Shown: piece after piece, positions 34,534 to 64,000 of the stretch | How positions within the stretch are numbered: the first letter of the stretch is position 1 | Layout of the letters: each line of letters opens with the position of its first letter | Origin: Tubiluchus corallicola | Lineage: Eukaryota; Animalia; Priapulida | Reading direction: 5' to 3' | Assembly (NCBI GenBank): GCA_030141605.1 | Contig: JAQGDQ010000005.1 | Span: 1,178,180-1,242,179, forward strand | Length of the DNA stretch: 64,000 nt | The notes under the pieces: model-generated | The model's input: only the letters and a program-made list of their open reading frames with translations | Database searches by the model: none | Told to the model about the DNA's origin: nothing | Position numbers and translations under genes: made by a program

Positions 34534-37500
34534 GATGTTTACAAAGAGTTTATAACAAACGTACAATTGCCAACAGTCCCTTGACGGGCACCGCTGTTGT
34601 TTGCAACTTGATATTTAGCAAACTTTTCAAGGGGCGTTTCAGTTTTTTCCTGCAGTTTGAGAACTAACTTGCATGTGAACAGCTTTTAATAATAAGGTTT
34701 ACAAGTTATTGACTTCTTATTAGCTAAAAATATTAGGTCAGTAAGTAAAACAATTTTCCCAACATTTCCTACAACATATACATATAAGACAAAGAACACA
34801 CAAAGAAGGCAAACCAATTATAGAGGAAGCAATAAGAGAAAAGTGATTTCACGAACAATTTAGTAGAGCAGTCAGTTTTACGACCACAGGTCATGAAATA
34901 GCAACCATGTCAGCGTGACTTATAGAAAATTTACTGCCAGGAAAAGTTAGAAACATCACAAACTCGAGCTGCATCCTGCTTCCTTAGTCGACTTTTCATT
35001 AACACTAGCTCACACATTCTCAAAAACTAAAAGTTTTCAAACTAATAGAAAAACACAATAGGTCCAAATTTAATTTTACATAAGAAAAATTGCTTTGCTA
35101 GTTAATTTTAATAATTGATTTATGTGATTTTAGTTATACAAAATAGTTTCTTGTAATTAGTGCAAAATTTAATTTGCTAAAACTGCTAAACAGATAATGA
35201 ATTCAGTAGTGCAAAAAACTTGTGTGACATACAAAAAATAGTTGTCAATCACTTTACTCCTGACTTTTTGGAAATTATCACAATTACAAGAAACTGACTT
35301 ACAAACTAATGCAAATGTGTTAAGTTTGAAAGTTTACCTCTTTGTAGCAGGAAACAATGTGAGAATCGGTGTTCACCGCCAGAATTCATGAGTGCTTTTG
35401 TAAGAAATTTTCAGTGATATGTTTCCACTATCAAGTCAGCAAAAACTGAAAAGCCTGAATACTGCGACATCGCCCCTCCTCATTATAATCACCATCAACG
35501 TCACAGAAAATACTAAGTCTTTTCTATCTGTTTAGGTGCATGTCTATACGTGACACCTATATTGATATAATTATCATTAGTAAAGCGGCTAGCCACCGTG
35601 AACGCATGAGCATTTACGTAAATTGCGGAAATTAAAAACGCACTGGTTTAAAACGACTAATTAAATGAGCAGGAAACGAGGAGCCTTTGTTTCAGTACTC
35701 GTTTCATGACTTTTCGGCGCAAACAATCAAAATCAAAGTTCATAACGTCAGGTTATAACACAAAAGCTTATGGTTTAATGATTAACATAATGATCGCCTA
35801 GCTATATTTAAAGAGAAATAAAGGAAAATCCATGAAATTGAGAATTGACTGCACTAACTGCACCTCTATAAACATGGTTAAAAGGGTTGAGTTGTAGTAA
35901 CTATTGTGATTATGAGTTATACAGTCTAAAGACCTTATAGATATAGACCTTTACTTGATATAGAAAGCCTGTAAGTTCATAAAACTTTTGGTTTACAGTT
36001 TTGAAGATAGGCCACACTATGACCAAATTACTGGATCCGCATATGTACACATACATATGAATTTGTTGCAGTCTATGCCATAAGACTAACTGTAGCTATA
36101 GAACAATTTTGTGAATTTTTTTTCTTTTGTAAATCCAAGTCTGCAAGTGACATTGCAAAGTACTCAGACAAGGCAAAGCATTTGCTGTGAAAACTATGGG
36201 TGGTGCCTAAAAAGGGTCTAATATCAACAATAAAAGACTCTAATTGGATTTTTAGAAGAATTTCATGTTTGCAAGTGATGCAGGTAACACAATTATAAGT
36301 GATGTTGGTGTATACTAGTTTCTTGCATTATTAATTGTTGCATAACATCAATATGAAAATTTTACAATTAAACCTGGCTAACAAAGACTACATATTTGGA
36401 AAAATATCAAATCCTGATTTGGTAAAATCGGAAGCTTTCGCTAAAACTTTACTAACGTTGAAAGGTTTTTGTACAGAAATCTCCAGGTACGGAGACATAT
36501 TTCAGAAACAATATTATATCTCAAGTGAATTTGACATCTTAACGCGATATTCGTCCTAAGCTTGGACAGATTCTTCTTGTAGTCTTCGAAAATCTTTTAC
36601 ACGGGCTTGTGCTTCCATTTGGCCATTCTGTACTCCACTGAATCTCTTTTTTTTAACTATCGCTCTCCATATTCTCAGTCTTGTACAGTACTAATGTCGT
36701 CTCATTTACCACTTTCTCGTTATCGTCGCTGTTGTATAGTTAATTCTGCTGGTATTACTATCTACAACGTTGCCATATCTCAGGGTCTAACTCAAATTGA
36801 TAAAAGCTCCATTGGAATCACGCCCGATGTTATTACGGAGGATAGTTTCCAGCTGGGTTTCTTTCTTTGGTCTAATCCTTACAACTTTATTACCAAAGCT
36901 CTTCCAGGATCTTCTAGTCATTCAGCCGCTTCAGTTTTGATAATCCACAGCACAGCTTTCTCGGTTGATTCTCGCCTTTTCTTTGAACGGTACCTTGATA
37001 TCAGAAAGCTGATAGGGTCTCTTTTTTGTTGTTCTCTGGATATAACTTCTCTCTTCTAAACCTACAAATTAAATATTCCAACGATATAAACAAGGCGGTG
37101 ATCAATTCATACCATCAAGTACGTATGTCTCAGCTTAAATTAACTGAAAGTCTCACCCTTGATTCCCCTTCTTGTGCTGCTGCATGATGACGCTGCTTGT
37201 AGCAACATTTTTAAACTTGTGGAAGAGTCAAACAGTGATAAAGAAACGCCGTTTATTTCACGATGGCATGTATACAGAAGACTATGGAAACTGCAGAAAC
37301 TAATTACATGATCGTTTTGCAGCATAATTGACGTTAAACACATTGGTGTATTGCTCCGCTCCCGCTGCAATGTAAGCACGTTCAGCAGCATTCGGGACAA
37401 CAGTTCACGCAGGACAACAACTGTCTAAGCTAAACTAAACTAAACTAAACAACATGACAGTCACAACCGATTGCTCTTTTTTATAGACACAAATTTGCAG

Positions 37501-38377
37501 AGCAGCAGCTCTACAGATTGTAGCTCAATTTAAATAGAATGTAGAGACAAAGTTTCAAAGCACTACAAAATGCAGACATAAAATATAATAAAGAAATTAA
37601 ACCAATTAGCCTTGCTTTACAATAAATGAGCAACAAAAATATTAAGTCTCTCTTGATTGTTCCATTCCATAGACGACCCTTATATTGAATGCCCAAGTTA
37701 CATAAGTCCTAATGGCAGCTTTCAATCGTGATTATAACCAGAAAAATAGCGTAAAATTAACTAATATTACATTGATGCATAATATATTACATTTTGGCAT
37801 TTGCCATTCCAAACTCATAGGTTTCTGTTACCTCATTTATCGGGTGTGCTTCGTCCGAGTACCCAGTTCGAAATCAGATTTGTAAAATTATTTGTCTCGT
37901 GTATAAATAGCAGTAATACGCTTATGAACTTTTTTGCAAGAAATACAGAATACTCTGTGTAGTCAACATTGGGTTACAATCTGCAATTTATTAAATGTAA
38001 ATATAATGATAATTACAACAAATGTGATTATTCAAAAATTAAAAGATTCATATGTAAGAAAGCTAGAGAACTTACGTGGGCTCAAAGCCTCACTTTTTCA
38101 TTTGTTAAAGAATTTTAAATGATTTAACCAGAAGCGACTTTTCCTTTTTAGACAATCTGCAAATTCATGAAATCTACAAAATTTATGTTGCGAATAATTT
38201 GTGATTCTGTGATGTAAAATCAAACTCAATATCGTATATGCATGTTAGTTAATGAAAAATTTTATCTGTGTAAAGATATGAGTTTTTTTTATCTATTAAC
38301 CGACATTGTTTATTTATTTATTTATTTACACAGCTAACCGAATGAATGTATTGTAGTATTGTATTTACAATAAATCG

Positions 38378-38379
<2 letters not shown>

Positions 38380-38417
<38 letters not shown>
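38380..38417. repeat. (TA)n microsatellite
   Basis: Uninterrupted TA run. Confidence 0.95.
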
Positions 38418-38420
<3 letters not shown>

Positions 38421-40361
38421 CTAAACTTGCAAAGCCATAAACTAAACAAACTGCGTATTTTCTTGATTGCAAAATGGTTTAATCAGCAACTCATAGTCGT
38501 AAGCGTTGTGCATTTCTTCCTATAAACGAAACTAGACTGTATATTTCCACTAATTCACTTGCAATTTTAATTGACAATAATAAAATCTAGAACGAGGCTG
38601 TCAACGAAAATTGACATTATGTTAGACGTCAATTCCAGACAACGATTAAGCTCGAGACTCGAGAGAATGTCCTCAAAAGCAATGAGTAAACCAATTTTAT
38701 TACTTGCCATCTTTTTTTCTATTCAGTGAACCGAAGTTCATACTTCATCGCTTTGTCAAAGTTGAACTGCTTTCAAAGCTTTTTAATGAGAATGATAACG
38801 TTAAATCTGATAGATACTTGTTGTGTTTCTTGGATAACAATGACCTTCCTAGTGGTGTTGCATCGCAGTTTTTATTCCTTTAACTCAACTGCTATTTTGT
38901 AGTCTCCTTATTCACGGGGCGTATTAACAGAGCTTCAAAGCGCCTAGACGAGATCAGGTAATAGCTATTCAAGGTTCAAATATGAGATTTGGCACATTTG
39001 AAATTCAACATTTGCAGATTTAAGTTGTTTTTATGAAAGACAGTTTCTTTTTGCCTTTTTTCCGATCAGTATTCTGTTGATTCACTTGGCCGAGTGTGTT
39101 CCGATTTTAGATCTATGTGAGCCTTATACTTGCGCAACTTACATCGTAAACAGCATGTGGCGTTCAGAAATATGGAAGGTGTTCTCTGGATCTCTTTTAT
39201 TGGTTCCTATTAGTGCGAATACTCGGTTGATGGCTGATTTTCATTTTTCGCCTTGGATGTCCCTAGGTTCAGTATTATGCAGCTAGCTATTTATGATTCA
39301 GTTTTCCTGAGGTCTTCTCTCTGTGAAATTCGTCAACATTTTTTGTTAACTGCATTCTCATTTGTTTTAAGAATAACAACATGAGTGGATACCTTCTAGT
39401 AAATTACTTAAGAATTATATGGCAGATTTTTATCTGCATGAAGTGGTCACTGGTCTTGTTTGGGGAAATTTGTATAAAAAACATATTCAGCCATATTCTT
39501 AAAGAAGTTTCCCCTGCTAATCTCTCGTGGTCACTATGTTATGAACAATACGACTTTATAATTGTTCGTGCACTATGTCTATGAGTAGGGACTACTAGAT
39601 ACAGTTCTGTGCATATTTCGTAGTCCCTGCTGGTAGCTAGAAAATTTTCCAACGATCAGTAGCAAAAACGCGCAGTAAAATTCTACGTGACCTTCTGCTT
39701 TTTAACCACTTTTATGCTCCATTATGGGACAAAACCACCAATAAACTAACGTCTTTATATCTAATAACCCAATGGCCTATAGCCTACTATCCTGCAGCTA
39801 GTCAAGTAAACATAAATCTTATAAATCCTACATTTTGAACACGGTAGCTATTATAATCTGCACTTGTCATAATTGTTCACGATTATAAAACGACTGGCAA
39901 AATTTACAACAGGATAGTAAAATAATGCTTTTTTGTGGAAGTAGATCTAACACGAACAGCTACATGTTTACTGGTACCGTCTTTGACATTGTTTTGACAA
40001 AGTGGAGCAAGCGCGTGCCTTCTTCAACTATCACTGCGTTTATGTTACTGCAAAGTCAACGTATTTCATCAGAAATACGATACTGTTGCTTAAGATGTAT
40101 AAATAGACCTACATCAAAGTCAATATAAATACAAAGGTTTAACTAACTTAAATGGTTAAACAATTTTATTGCCTACCTTTTAGATACAATCAAGTGGAAG
40201 TGGCACACGTACACACCAGTAAACTTGTAAGTACACAGAATGTCATACAACAACATTTATATAGGGATCCTATCACAAAAACCCAGTTTTACTTCCACGA
40301 ATTAAATTGACTGAAGCAGCTTTTGAATTCGCCATTTCAAATTTTCAGCGACAGGAAAATT

Positions 40362-40489
40362 ATATCGCGAAATTAAATTTGAGATTAATCAAGTAATAAA
40401 GAAGACAAAAGCGAAATAGAATACATGATATCGCGAAATAAGTTTAAGACTAATTAAGTAATAAGGATAACAAAAGCGAAATAGAATAC
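40362..40489. repeat. Two-copy ~66-bp tandem duplication
   Basis: TATCGCGAAAT...AAGTAATAA...ACAAAAGCGAAATAGAATACA occurs twice in tandem. Confidence 0.8.
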
Positions 40490-41167
40490 AATTTTATTTT
40501 GCTGGACACTATAACATAATTTATACGACGATAGTAATACTTTTACAAATAATAAAGCAGATATACTACAAAGTGTCTTTACTTGAAGCGGGCAATAATC
40601 CCTCATGCAACAGTGATTCAGGTTACTGATAGTGTTATTGAAACGTTGACACAAAACTTAACAGGAGGAAGAAAATATAAAAAAGTAATGACTAAGCTTA
40701 TATTTGAACCAGAACTTTTGGATTACAAATCTAAATCATGGCAGGTCTAAACTAAATCGTAAGCGTTCACGAATCAGTCCAACATTCCATAATTGTTAAT
40801 TTGCTCACGCAAGAGTAATTACTAATTAATTAAATCATTTTTATAAATTTAAAGCCTGTATGATTCTTGAGTAATTATTTAAGTACTTTCAAATGTAAAG
40901 GACCTTGCTCAGTAATCACTTTTCCAACGGTCATTTTTTACCAAAAAAGCTGCAATGTTTTGTATAACAAGGTTATGTTATATCAACTGGTTGGCAATAC
41001 ATGTTAGGTTTAACAAAAGTTCGCGAGAAATTAAATATTGTAAAGTTGTAATATGAATAATTATTCATAATCCTAATTTCAAGATTATTGGCTAATAGCT
41101 GAAATGCCTGAATTTTTTAACAAAACTTGACTGAAATAAAGCAAAGTATGAAAAAGTCAGATTTAAG

Positions 41168-41238
41168 TTGAGGTTTGAACACAGGGACATTCGGATTGTA
41201 AGTCAAAAATAACGATCACCAGGACACACGGCCCCGCT
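41168..41238 (-). repeat. tRNA-derived (SINE-like) fragment
   Basis: Minus strand GGCCGTGTGTCCTGGTGATC...TTACAATCCGAATGTCCCTGTGTTCAAACCTC contains a B-box-like GTTCAAACC. Confidence 0.4.
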
Positions 41239-43103
41239 GCAGGTGATATCACGCCTACTAATTTTTAGAAGTGTCTTATGTATGATTTGTATTTAAGTTA
41301 TCATTAAGGGTTTTAATCTAAAAAATGGTGAACAGTCTTAGCCGTCGCGACTTTACTATATGTACGATTTATTACTGTATTACACTATTTTGCTTTGACC
41401 ATAGTTTTTGTTGGACCGAAACTGAAACTAAAACGTTCTTTGTCAGCTTCTTAAGATCACCTATTATAATTATTTTTTATAATTATACTTACGTATATAA
41501 AGTAAATAAGTCTCACTTTATTAGACACATAAACTTTTCCTTTTATTAGGCCTGCTTTTCTTGTGGCACAGTTGGACGAATTCTATTGGAATTTTTAAGT
41601 TTTTTTAGAAGGGAATTAATATTCTAATACACAAAAATTCTTAAAATTTGTGTTTTTAAGGACTATATAAATTTTTAAAATTGCGCAGGCGCTTGTATTA
41701 GTATATGTGTAAATTATATACGCAGATATGACAAATGGGTGTATACTGTTTATGAAAAATATATGAAAATCGTTGTTTTCAAATAGGTGCGTGCTTTACA
41801 TCCATCGTGGGCAGATTGTAATTTATTTCAGTAGAATACCTAAACTTCAGTACACTAATCAGCAGTAGTATCGTGGCGCCCTCTATGTTCAGAAAAGTTG
41901 CTTTTTGAGAACTCCGTGTTGAATGCTTTGTAATACATAGCGGGACTACCCACTATAAACGACAGAAATATATTACATTTGTTAATTGTGAGTTATAATT
42001 AAAGCATAAAAGTTAGCAGCAATATACTCAAAGCTTTAAAGAGGAAGAAAAGGGAATTTTAAAATATATTCCATATAAATTCCAAAAAAACTTTCCATAC
42101 AAAGTTATATTACTTAGCATTACGCTTACCCGTTTGAAAACCTTATGTAACTGGAAAATTCTCAATAATTTAAAACGTTTACACTAACTGGTTATACGTC
42201 ACTGTATCACCATCCCATTGTGCAACACATGCTGGACTGGTTCACCAAAAACACATTATGAATATTATTGGCAATATAAAATAATTTATACGTTTGCTTA
42301 GCTAGTGAAGATTGTGCTAAGATTCTGGTGGTTTCTTCGAACTTTACGTAATGTTATGTAAATTTGTTTCAAACGGCTTACCGCTAAAATGTTGCGCCTA
42401 GCAGTCATTGCGGAAGTCTAAATAGTTTTAGATAGCCTTACTACTAACACAAGCTCTATAATACAATAAGACTGAATGTTAGTGATAGTGATAAAAAAAT
42501 TTCAAAGCAAATTTTTTTAAATTTTATTTATGGAGTGTCTTATTGTCATTTAATACCTTCCGATACCTTTATTTGTCCTGTCTGCGTCAAGACTATTACA
42601 AAAATATGTCTATTGTCCGCCCAATCAAGCTCATACAACACGAGTCACATGAACAAGTCTGATATGTAAAATATCATGGTTTTCGATGTAACAATAGGTA
42701 CAATTGCGCTAACAAATTTCTTTTCTATTTTTTATAGTTTCAGGACCGTAGTCAGGTCTGGATTGGCCATTAAACCTATGCGCACGGGTGTTTTTTGACA
42801 GGCGAGTGAAGTAACCCCTTTTTGCCAAAAAATTGAAATATTTAAGCATGCTACCCATGTTGGAATTTACAAAGTATCGCAAGAACTTATAATAAGCTTT
42901 TGTATATTTACGGCTTAGCACGGTACTACGATTTTTATGTTCAAAATGATTTAAACCAGATAATGCATAGACACTCGTTCTACGCACTCGCGTTTAATTT
43001 TTTTATTTTTATTAAAAAAACTCGCGTCCAATGATGGAACAAACATACAACTAACCAAATTTTGATGACAAACTTGAAAAACAGCAGATGTGAAAAGGGC
43101 CCA

Positions 43104-43152
43104 TCAGCCTGGACTTGAACCAGGGACCTTCTGCTTGCAAGGCAAAGGAGTT
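43104..43152 (-). repeat. tRNA-derived (SINE-like) fragment
   Basis: Minus strand GCCTTGCAAGCAGAAGGTCCCTGGTTCAAGTCCAGG has an anticodon-arm remnant, a T-arm and a B-box; the 5' half is missing. Confidence 0.45.
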
Positions 43153-43897
43153 AGATGTATTAATTAATGCACATTTACACATACACACATGTAAGCATAA
43201 TAGTCATATTTTATAAACATTAATTATTTTTATAATTTATGTTTTAATGCAATATGTAATAATTGTATAAATTAACGTATATATAATTTAACATAATGTA
43301 ACTTATAAAGTAAAATAATATAAATTAATGTAACTAGTATAATTAATATAATATACTATAATTAATAATTGACTCCTGTCTAAGTACAGTGCTGTAAAAC
43401 AAAAATGTAAAAACATATAATTTTACTGATTATGAAATAACACGTCTCACTTTCGCCAATATAGGGAGAAAAGCTGAATAGTTGAGTATATACTGGAAGT
43501 TTTCAGTTAGACCTCAATGTAAAAAGGTCTCGACCACCCCACCAACTCCGATTGAAGAATTTAACGCCCCCACCCCGATTCCTCTGTTCCCTCGGCGTTG
43601 ATGGACGTTTTGAACCTAGTCCTTTGGCTATAGTTAAGTTCGTTCTACCGTTTCTAATGTAGTTTGGGAAAACCGATGAACAACAGTCTCATATTGAAAA
43701 CGTCCTACATCATAGACTCAAATTTTGATTATATATATATATAAACATAGACCTCTTCTCTTAGCTTACGTTATTCATATTTTAAGTCCGACCTTTCTAC
43801 CTTAACGCACACGCTTTTCTCAAATTTACGCCCAAGTACAGTCATGACTAAAAAGAATATTAAGGTGGTATTATAAACAAGCTATTGAAAGTAAGCT

Positions 43898-43920
43898 AAT
43901 AATAATAATAATAATAATAA
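43898..43920. repeat. (AAT)n microsatellite
   Basis: AATAATAATAATAATAATAATAA. Confidence 0.85.
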
Positions 43921-43992
43921 CAATAGTAATAGCAATAGAGTTGCACATTTTTCATGATTCAGTGGGGCAGCACTTGCGTGATTCACTCAACA

Positions 43993-44349
43993 CCGGAAGT
44001 GGTTGATGACTCGTTCAGGCAGTTGCAGAGCAACCCATCGGACAACGTTCCTTAATATTCTACTATAAGTGTGCGAAAGAAAAATAAACTGTAAATAAAA
44101 TGACTAGACAAAAGAACGTCTATTGAAAAGTAAAATATAGTTTTCTGCTAACTTTTTTAAGAATAATAGTTATTAATGTAAAAACAGTTGAGGACAACCG
44201 TTATTGAAACTGCTTGTCAATCATTCCATATTTGGTGAAATCGTCTTTTTGACACGCCTTATAGATAACACCGCTGTTGTAATTCGTCAGCTGTTAAATA
44301 AAAAATGTATGGGCGCAGCTAATTGGTTAATCTAAGTAAAAGGGCGGGA
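43993..44349 (+). promoter_or_regulatory. Probable KLF6/7 proximal promoter (ETS site, inverted CCAAT box, GC box)
   Basis: CCGGAAGTG at 43993, ATTGG at 44322 and GGGCGGGA at 44342; the GC box is ~280 bp upstream of the conserved start codon. Confidence 0.5.
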
Positions 44350-44620
44350 GTTGTAATGTTTCTTGCTCGACTACACTCGCTACTTGTGTGGACTATGGAG
44401 TTGTAGCGGCAGTGATGTATGTTGTTGATATGCTGGGGTTTTGCAGTTTTAGTTCAGTTTCGGTGTAGAATTAAGAATAGCAATGAACAGTAGTAAACTT
44501 ATATCATTACCTAGTTGTTGAATCTGAGAATTAATAATGCTCATAAACTATAATTGTTAGACTTCCATGCGACACCATTTTGTTGGACCCTGGCGAGCTC
44601 CTGAATGCCATTTTGAAGTG

Positions 44621-62762
<18,142 letters not shown>

Positions 62763-64000
62763 GATTCATCACACACTGTGAACTATGAATGTTTCTTCAA
62801 TTACCTCACTTCATTTGTAACGTGTAATTTTGTGATTTCCGCATCCTGGTATAAGTTGAGCTTCGTTGAGATGCTGAACTGAAATATAGAGGACAGTCTA
62901 GAGGCATAATTCAACGTGGCAAGGTTCGGCTTTGGTATAAAGTAACATCTGAAAGGGACAATGGATTCAGCTCTTTTCAGAGTTCAGTTCAGTCATCATG
63001 ACATGTATTTCCATATTTTTGCCTTGTTTTATTTTCTGTGACATATAGTGAGAGAATGATATTAGAAGCTAGTTATGGACAGTAGAATCTAATGTCATTG
63101 AACTAAAGCATTCATCACTGCCACATTAGACAACTGTATTCATATTGCGAGGTCCAGAAAATGTTTGTTAATAAGCTCTATGCTCTGTAATATCAGTTTG
63201 TCAGTTGTTGCGTCGTTTTGTTACTTTTAAATTTGTGCTTAATATTCTGTTATTGCTCTTTGCTGTGCATGTAAATGTCATTTCGAATTTATGTAATTTA
63301 TTTGTGTTTGTAGTATATTATTTGTGCAGAGTGACTGTAAGCAAAACTGAATGTGAATTATAAGCAGCTTTTTGTAAGTTGCATAACATTGTAGAACTAT
63401 CTGCTCCGAGTCCACTCATTCCGCTGTCTATAGGAAGGCAGATTATATTACAACGATGGCGGATGGTTTAACAGACAGAAATGCAAGAAAAAACATCTGC
63501 TGTTTCGCAACGGAATATTATCTCTTCTAGTTGCAGCATTCCTTTGCGTTTTCTTGCTGACGATGGAAGACGGCTATTATCATATCAATACCGGTTTTAT
63601 AATGTAGGCTGCATAATTCTGCTTTCATTAATGACTGACAAGATTTCTGGGCCACGAAGCACGGATAATGACTGCCATGGATGTAACTAAAAAGCCTGTC
63701 TGTATTTATTATTATAGCCGGTGTGATGCAAGGAGTCTCGCCAGTGGATGCTGTTGGGATAACAAACAACTATGTTAGACACGCTGTCAGCTGTTCTCAC
63801 TTCATATTTATGCAATCTGCAGCTAAACCATCTCGAACATTATGCATAAACAACTTGTTACAAACTATTTATTCTTAGATTTGCTGGAATCTAAATTTTC
63901 GGCAAACTGATGTATTTGCATGTGACCTGAGTAAAATTTATGAAAATAAGCAGAATTCTCAGCACTAAATTGTACGGCCTATATACTACGACTACCTATC

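Noticed and set aside
34269-34667. His/Arg-rich 132-aa ORF
   Set aside because: The poly-His run comes from a (CAT)n microsatellite; no other coding signal

Overview
AT-rich, intron-rich metazoan genomic DNA, probably from an invertebrate; no prokaryotic features were seen. Four multi-exon protein genes can be assembled by hand with GT-AG introns and consistent phases. (1) PLD6/Zucchini (mitoPLD), + strand, 2 coding exons, 1975-4433. (2) SDR42E-family extended short-chain dehydrogenase, - strand, 9 coding exons, 14925-6155. (3) A ~1388-aa, mostly low-complexity protein on the - strand (6 coding exons, 31927-22899). Its C-terminus resembles the espin/forked actin-bundling module, and it also has SILK and RVxF PP1-docking motifs, a polyproline tract and a tandem Cys-rich repeat. 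(4) KLF6/7 (luna-type) Kruppel-like factor, + strand, 3 coding exons, 44621-62762. Introns and intergenic DNA carry many non-autonomous transposons (pogo-like and hAT-like MITEs, a foldback-like element, Helentron/HINE-like nested copies), a decayed LINE-type ORF1, tRNA-derived fragments and microsatellites. The best leads are the espin-like/PP1-docking protein with a possible internal MEF2/TATA promoter, a Zucchini that appears to lack its zinc wing, and a possible TATA-led spliced orphan ORF near 37 kb. All assignments come from manual reading and recalled family motifs; no searches were run.
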